64,000 bases of DNA from the human T2T-CHM13v2.0 reference genome, Homo sapiens. The stretch lies in assembly GCF_009914755.1 (NCBI RefSeq), contig NC_060933.1; one strand, given 5' to 3'. A program made the position numbers and the translations under genes. Below, piece after piece: positions 57,901 to 64,000 of this stretch. The notes under the pieces are model-generated. The model had not been told where the DNA came from and did no database searches. It saw nothing but the letters and a program-made list of their open reading frames with translations. How positions within the stretch are numbered: the stretch's first letter is position 1; each line of letters opens with the position of its first letter.

Positions 57901-60900
57901 TCTGCAAATGGACCCTTTGAAGGCTTTGAGGCCTATGGTGGAAAAGGAATTATCTTCACATAAAAACTAGACAGAAGAATTCTGACAAACTTCTTTGTGA
58001 TGTGTGCACTCAGCTCAAGAAGTTGAACATTTCTTTTGATGGAGCAGTTTGGAAACACTCTTTTTGAAGAATCTGCAAGTGGACCTTTGGAGCTCTTTGC
58101 AGCCTATGGTGGAAAAGGAAATATCTTCACATAAGATGTAGACAGAAGTAATCTGAAAACCTTCTTTATGATGTGTGCATTCATCTCACAGAGTTAAACG
58201 TTTCTTTTGATTGAGCAGTCTTGAAACTCTTTTTGTAGAATCTACAAGTGGACATTTGGAGTGCTTTGAGGCCTATGGTGGAAAAGGAAATATCTTCACA
58301 TAAAAAATAGATAGAAGTATTTTTAGAAACATCTTTGTGATGTGTGCATTCATCTAACGGATTGAAACTTTTCTTTTGATAGAGCAGTTTTAAAACTCCC
58401 TTTTTGTATAATCTCTAAGTGGACATTTGAAGGGCGTTCAGGCCTATGGTGAAAAATGAAATATCTTTGCATAAAAAGTACATAGAAGGATTCTGAGAAA
58501 CTACTTTGTGATGTGTGCATTCAACCCCCAGATTTGAACATTCCTTTGAAGGACCAGTTTTGAAATACTCTTTTTGTAGAATCTGCAAGTGGACCTTTCG
58601 AGTGCCTTCAAGTCTACGGTACAAAAGGAAGTATCTTCACATAAAAACTAGAAAGAAGAATTCTGAGAAAGTTGTTTATGATGTGTGCATTCATCTAGAA
58701 AGTTGAACATTTCTTTGAATGAGCAGTTTGGAAACACTCTTTTGGTAGAATCTGCAAGTGGACATTTGGAGCATTCTGAGGCCTATGTTACAACAGGAAA
58801 TATCTTCACATAAATTGTAGACAGAAGCAATCTGAGAAACTTCTTTGTGATGTGTGCATTCATCTCAAAGAGGCAAAGCTTTCTTTTGATAGAGCAGATT
58901 TGAAACTCTCTTTTTGTAGAATCTGCAAGTGGACATTTGGAGCGATTTGATGCATGCGGTGGAAAAGTTAATATCTTCATATAAAAACTAGACAGAAGAA
59001 TTCTGAGAAACTTCTTTGAGATGTCTGCGTTCATCTCACAGAGTTGAAACTTCCCTTAGATTGAGCAGTTTGGAAACACTCTTTTTGTAGAATCTGCAAG
59101 TGGACATTTGGAGAGCTTTGCGGCCAATGGTAGAAAAGGAAATATCTTCACATAAAATCTAGACAGAAGTAATCTGAGAAACTTCTTTGTGATGTGTGCA
59201 TTCATCCCACAGAATTAAAAGTTTCTTTTGATTTAGCAGTTTTGAAACTCTCTTTTTGTAGAATCTGCAACTGGACATTTGGAGTGCTTTGCGCCCTATG
59301 GTAGAAAAGGAAATATCTTCATATAAAATCTTGACAGAAGCAATCTGAGAAGCATCTTTGTGATATGTGCATTCATCCCAGAGAGTTAAAACTTTCTTTT
59401 GATTGAGGAGTATTGAAACTCTGTTTTTGTAAAATCTGCAAGTGGACATTTGGAGCCCTTTGAGTGCAATGGTGGAAAAGGAAATATCTTCCCATAAAAA
59501 CCAGACAGAAGAATTCTGAGAAACTTCTTTGTGATGCGTGCATTAATCTCACACAGTTGAACCTTTCTTTTGATTAAGCAGTTTGCAACCACTATTTTTG
59601 TCGAATATGCAAGTGGACATTTAGAGGGCTTTGTGGTCTATGGAAGAACAGGAAATATCTTCACATAAAATCTAGACAGAAGGAATCTGAGAAATTTCTG
59701 TGTGATGTGTGCATTCATCTCACAGAGTTGAACGTTTCTTTTGATTGAGCTGTTGGAAACATTCTTTCTGTAGAATCTGCAAGTGGACATTTGGAGCGCT
59801 TTGCAACCTATGGTGGAAAAGGAAATATCTTCACATAAAAACTAGACAGAAGAATTATTAGAAACCTCTTTGTGATGCGAGTGTTCAACTCACAGAGTTG
59901 AACCTTTCTTTTGATTGCACAGTTTGGAAACAACTCTTTTTGTAGATTCTGCAAGTGGACATTTGGAGCTCTTTGTGGCCTATGGTAGAAAAGGAAATAT
60001 CTTCACATAAAATCTAGACAGAAAGAATCTGAGAAATTTCTTTGTGATCCGTGCGTTCATCTCACAGAGTTGAAACTTTCTTTTGATTCAGCAGATTGGA
60101 AACACTCTTTTTGTAGAATCTACAAGTGAACATTTGGAGTGCTTTGCGGGCTGTGGTAGAAAAGGAAATATCCTCACTTAAAATCTAGAAAGAAGCAACC
60201 TGAGAAAGTTCTTTCTGATGTGTTCATTCATTTCACAGCGTTAAAGATTTCTTTTATTGAGCAGTTTTGAAACTCTCTTTTTGTAGAATCTGCAAGTGGA
60301 CATTTGGAGTGCCTTGCGGGTATGGTAGAAAAGGAAACATCTTCACTTAAAATCTAGAAAGAAGCAATCTGAGAAACTTCTTTGTGATGTGTGCATTCAT
60401 CTCACAGATTTAAACATTTCTTTTGATTGAGCAGTTTGGAAACACTCTTTTTGTAGAATCTGGAAGTGGACATTTGGAGCACTTTGAGGCCTATGGTGGA
60501 AAAGGAAATATCTTCACATAAAAAATAGACAGAAGAATTCTGAGAAACTCCTTTGTGATGTGTGCCTTCATCTCACAGAGTTGAACCTTTCTTTTTATAG
60601 AGCAGTTGCAAAAACACTTTTAGTAGAATCTGAATGTGGACATTTGTAGCGCTTTGCAGACTATGGTAGAGAAAGTAATATCTTCATGTAAAATCTAGAC
60701 AGGAGCAATCTGAGAAACTACTTTGTGATGTGTGCATTCTTCTCACAGAGTTAAAACTTTCTTTTGATTTAGCAGTTTTGAAATTCTCTTTTAGTAGGAT
60801 CTGCAAGTGGACATTTGGAAAGCTTTGAGGCCTATGGTGGAAAAGGAACTATCTTCCCATAAAAACTAGACAGAAGAATTCTGAGAAAGCAGTTTGTGAT

Positions 60901-63900
60901 GTGTGGGTTCATCTCACAGAGTTGATACTTTCATTTGATTGAGCTGTTTGGAAACACTATTTTTGTAGTATCTGCAAGTGGACATTTGAAGCGCTTTGCA
61001 GCCTATGGTAGAAAAGGAAATATCCTCACATAAAATCTAGACAGAAGCAATCTAAGAAACTTCTTTGTGATGTGTGCATTCATCTCACAGATTTAAACCT
61101 CTTTTGATTGAGCAGTTTGGAAACACTCTTTTTGTAGAATCTGGAAGTGAACATTTGGAGTGCTTTGAGGCCTACGGTGGAAAAGGAAATATCTTCACAT
61201 AAAAACTAGACAGAAGAATTCTGAGAAACTTCTTTGTGATGTGTGCATTCATCTCACAGAGTTGAACTTTTGTTTGGATGGAGCAGTTTGAAAACACTCT
61301 TTTTCTAGAATTTGCAAGTGGACATTTGGAGCTCTTTGCAGCCTATGGTAGAAAAAAGGAATATCTTCACATAAAATCTAGACAGAAGTAATCTGAGAAA
61401 CTGCTTTGTCATGTGTGCATTCATCTAACAGGGTTGAACCTTTCTTTTGATTGAGCACATTGGAAATACTCTTTTTGTAGAATCTGCAAGTGGACATTTG
61501 GAGCGCTTTGCGGCCTATTTTAGAAAAGGAAATATCTTCACATAAAATCTAGACAGAAGAAATCTGAGAAACTTCTTTGTAAATGTGTGCATTCATCTCA
61601 CAGAGTTAAACCTTTCCTTTCATTGAGAAGTTTTGAAACTCTCTTTTTATAGAATCTGAAAGTGGACATTTGGAGTACTTTGAGGCATATGGTGGAAAAG
61701 GAAATATCCTCAGATAAAATCTAGAAAGAAACAATCTGAGAAACTTCTTTACAATGTATGCATTCATCTCACACAGTAAAACCTTTCTTTTGATTGAGCA
61801 GTTTTGAAACTCTCTTTTTGTAGAATCTGTAAGTGGACATTTGGAGGGCTTTGAGGCCTATGGTGGAAAAGGAAATATCTTCACATAAAAACAAGACAGA
61901 AGAATTCTGAGAAACGTATTTGTGATGTGTGCGTTCATCTCACAGAGTTGAACTTTTCTTTTGATTGAGCAGTTTGGAAACACTCTTTTTGTAAAAATCT
62001 GCAGGTGGACATTTGGAACGCTTTGCAGCCTATGTTAGAAAAAAGAAATATCTTCATATAAAATCTAGACAGAAGCAATCTGAGAAACTTCCTTGTGATG
62101 TGTCCTTTCATCTCACAGAGTTGCAACTTTCTTTTCATTGAGCAGTTTGGAGACCCTCTTTTTGTGGAATCGGCAAGTGGAAATTTGGAGCGCTTTGCGA
62201 CTATGGTAGAACAGGAAATGTCTTCACATAAAATCTAGACAGAAGCAATCTGAGAAACTTCTTTCTGATGTGTGCATTCATCTCACAGAGTTAAATCTTT
62301 CTTTTTTGAGCAGTTTTGAAACTCTCTTTTTGTAGAATCTGCAAGTTGACATTTGGAGTGCATTGAGGCCTACGGTGGAAAAAGAAATATCTTCACATAA
62401 AATCTAGAGAGAAGCAATCTGAGAAACTTCTATGTTGGAAAAGGAAACATCTTCACGTAACAACTAGACAGAAGAATTCTGAGAAACTTCTTTGGATGTT
62501 TGGGTTCATCTCACAGAGTTGAACCTTTCTTTTGATTGAGCAGTTTGAAAACACTCTTTTTGTAGTATCTGTAAGTGGACATTTGGAACGCTTTGCAGCC
62601 TATGGTAGAAAAGGGAATATATTCACATAAAATCTAGACAGAAGCAATCTGAGAAAATTCTTTGCAATGGGTGCATTCATTCAACAGAGCTGTACCTTTC
62701 CTTTGATGGACCAGTTTTGAAATACTCTTTTTGTGGAATATGCATGTGGACATTTCGAGCGCCTTGAGGCCTAGGGTGGAAAATGAAATATCTTCACATA
62801 AAAGCTAGACAGAAGAATTCTGAGAAACTTCTTTGAAATGTGTGCGTTCATCTCACAGAGTTGAACTTTTCTTTTGATTGAGCAGTTTGGAAAATTTTTT
62901 TTTTGTAGAATCTGCAAGTGGATATGTTGAGCACTTTGTGGCCTATAGTAGAAAAGGAAATATCTTCACATAAAATCTAGACAGAAGCAATCTTAGAAAC
63001 TTCTTTGTTATGTGTGTACTCATCTCAAAGAGGTAAACCTTTCTTTTGATTGAGCAGTTTTGAAACTCTCTTTTTGTAGAATCTGCAAGTGGACAGTTGG
63101 AGCACTTTGAGGCCTACGCTGGAAAAGGAAATATCTTCAGATAAAATCTAGAAAGATGAAATTTGAGAAACTTCTTTGTGACGTGTGCATTTATCTCACA
63201 GAATTAAACATTTTTTGAGCGATTTTGAAAGTCTCTTTTTGGAGAATCTGCAAGTTGACATTTGGAGGCCTTTGAAGCCTATGTTGGAAAAGGCAATTAT
63301 CTTCACATAAAAACCAGACCGAAGAATTCTGAGAACCTTCCTTGTGATGCGTGCCTCCATCTTGCAGTGTTGAATCATTCTTTTCATTGAGCAGTATGGA
63401 AATACTGTTTTTGAAGGATCTGCAAGTGGATATTTAGAGCTCTTTGCAGCCTATGTTAGAATAGAAAATGTCTTCACATAAAATCTAAACAGAAGCAATC
63501 TGAGATACTTCTTTGTGATGTGTCCTTTCATCTCACAGAGTTAAAACTTTCTTTTGATTGAGCAGTTTTCAATCTCTCTTTTTGTAGAATCTGCAAGTGG
63601 ACATTTGGAGCACTTTGAGGCCTGTGGTGGAAAAGGAAATATCTTCACATAAAAACTAGACAGAAGCAATCTGAGAAACTTCTTTGTGATGTGTGCATTC
63701 ATTTCACAGAGTAAAACCTTTCTTTTGATGGAGCAGTTTTGAAACTCTCTTTTTGTAGAATCTGCAAATAGACATTTGGAGTTCTTTGAGGCCTATGGTG
63801 GAAAAGGAAATATCTTCACATAAAAACTAGACAGAAGCATTTTGAGAAACTTCTTTCTGATTTGTGCGTTCATCTCACAGAGGTGAATTTTTGTTTGGAT

Positions 63901-64000
63901 TGAGCTGTCTGAAAACACTCTTTCTGTAGAATGTGCAAGTGGATATTTGGAGCGCTTCGAGGCCTATGGTAGAAAAAAGAAATATCTTCACATAAAATCT
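54951..64000 (+). repeat. Alpha satellite, dimer-like A-type layer resumes
   Basis: Same alternating 'aaatctagac/gcaatctg' and 'aaaactagac/gaattctg' monomers as 21.1-42.2 kb. Confidence 0.92.

Overview
Human or other catarrhine-primate pericentromeric DNA; no real genes are supported. Bases 1-3365 are euchromatin-like flank: two AluS elements, a MIR, a MER5-like fragment, an MLT1C-like LTR and a short remnant of the 48-bp CER/D22Z3 satellite. From ~3365 to the end is divergent (non-homogeneous) 171-bp alpha satellite on the + strand, in three layers. (i) A monomeric A-type layer (~3.4-21.1 kb) is interrupted by two 5'-inverted L1PA insertions. (ii) A dimer-like A-type layer (~21.1-42.2 kb and ~55-64 kb) has alternating 'aaatctagacagaagcaatctgag' and 'aaaactagacagaagaattctgag' monomers. 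(iii) A ~12.7-kb island (~42.2-54.95 kb) of SF5/R1-R2-like monomers carries about 38 CENP-B-box-type sites, 13 of which keep the full core by my manual count. The island contains a ~240-bp inversion and a perfect 171-bp tandem amplification, and is bracketed by a ~2-kb direct duplication of the host array. This is the most unusual structure in the window. The ORF track is explained by satellite periodicity (171 bp = 57 codons) and by L1/Alu fragments. All alignments were done by eye, so coordinates are approximate to a few bases.
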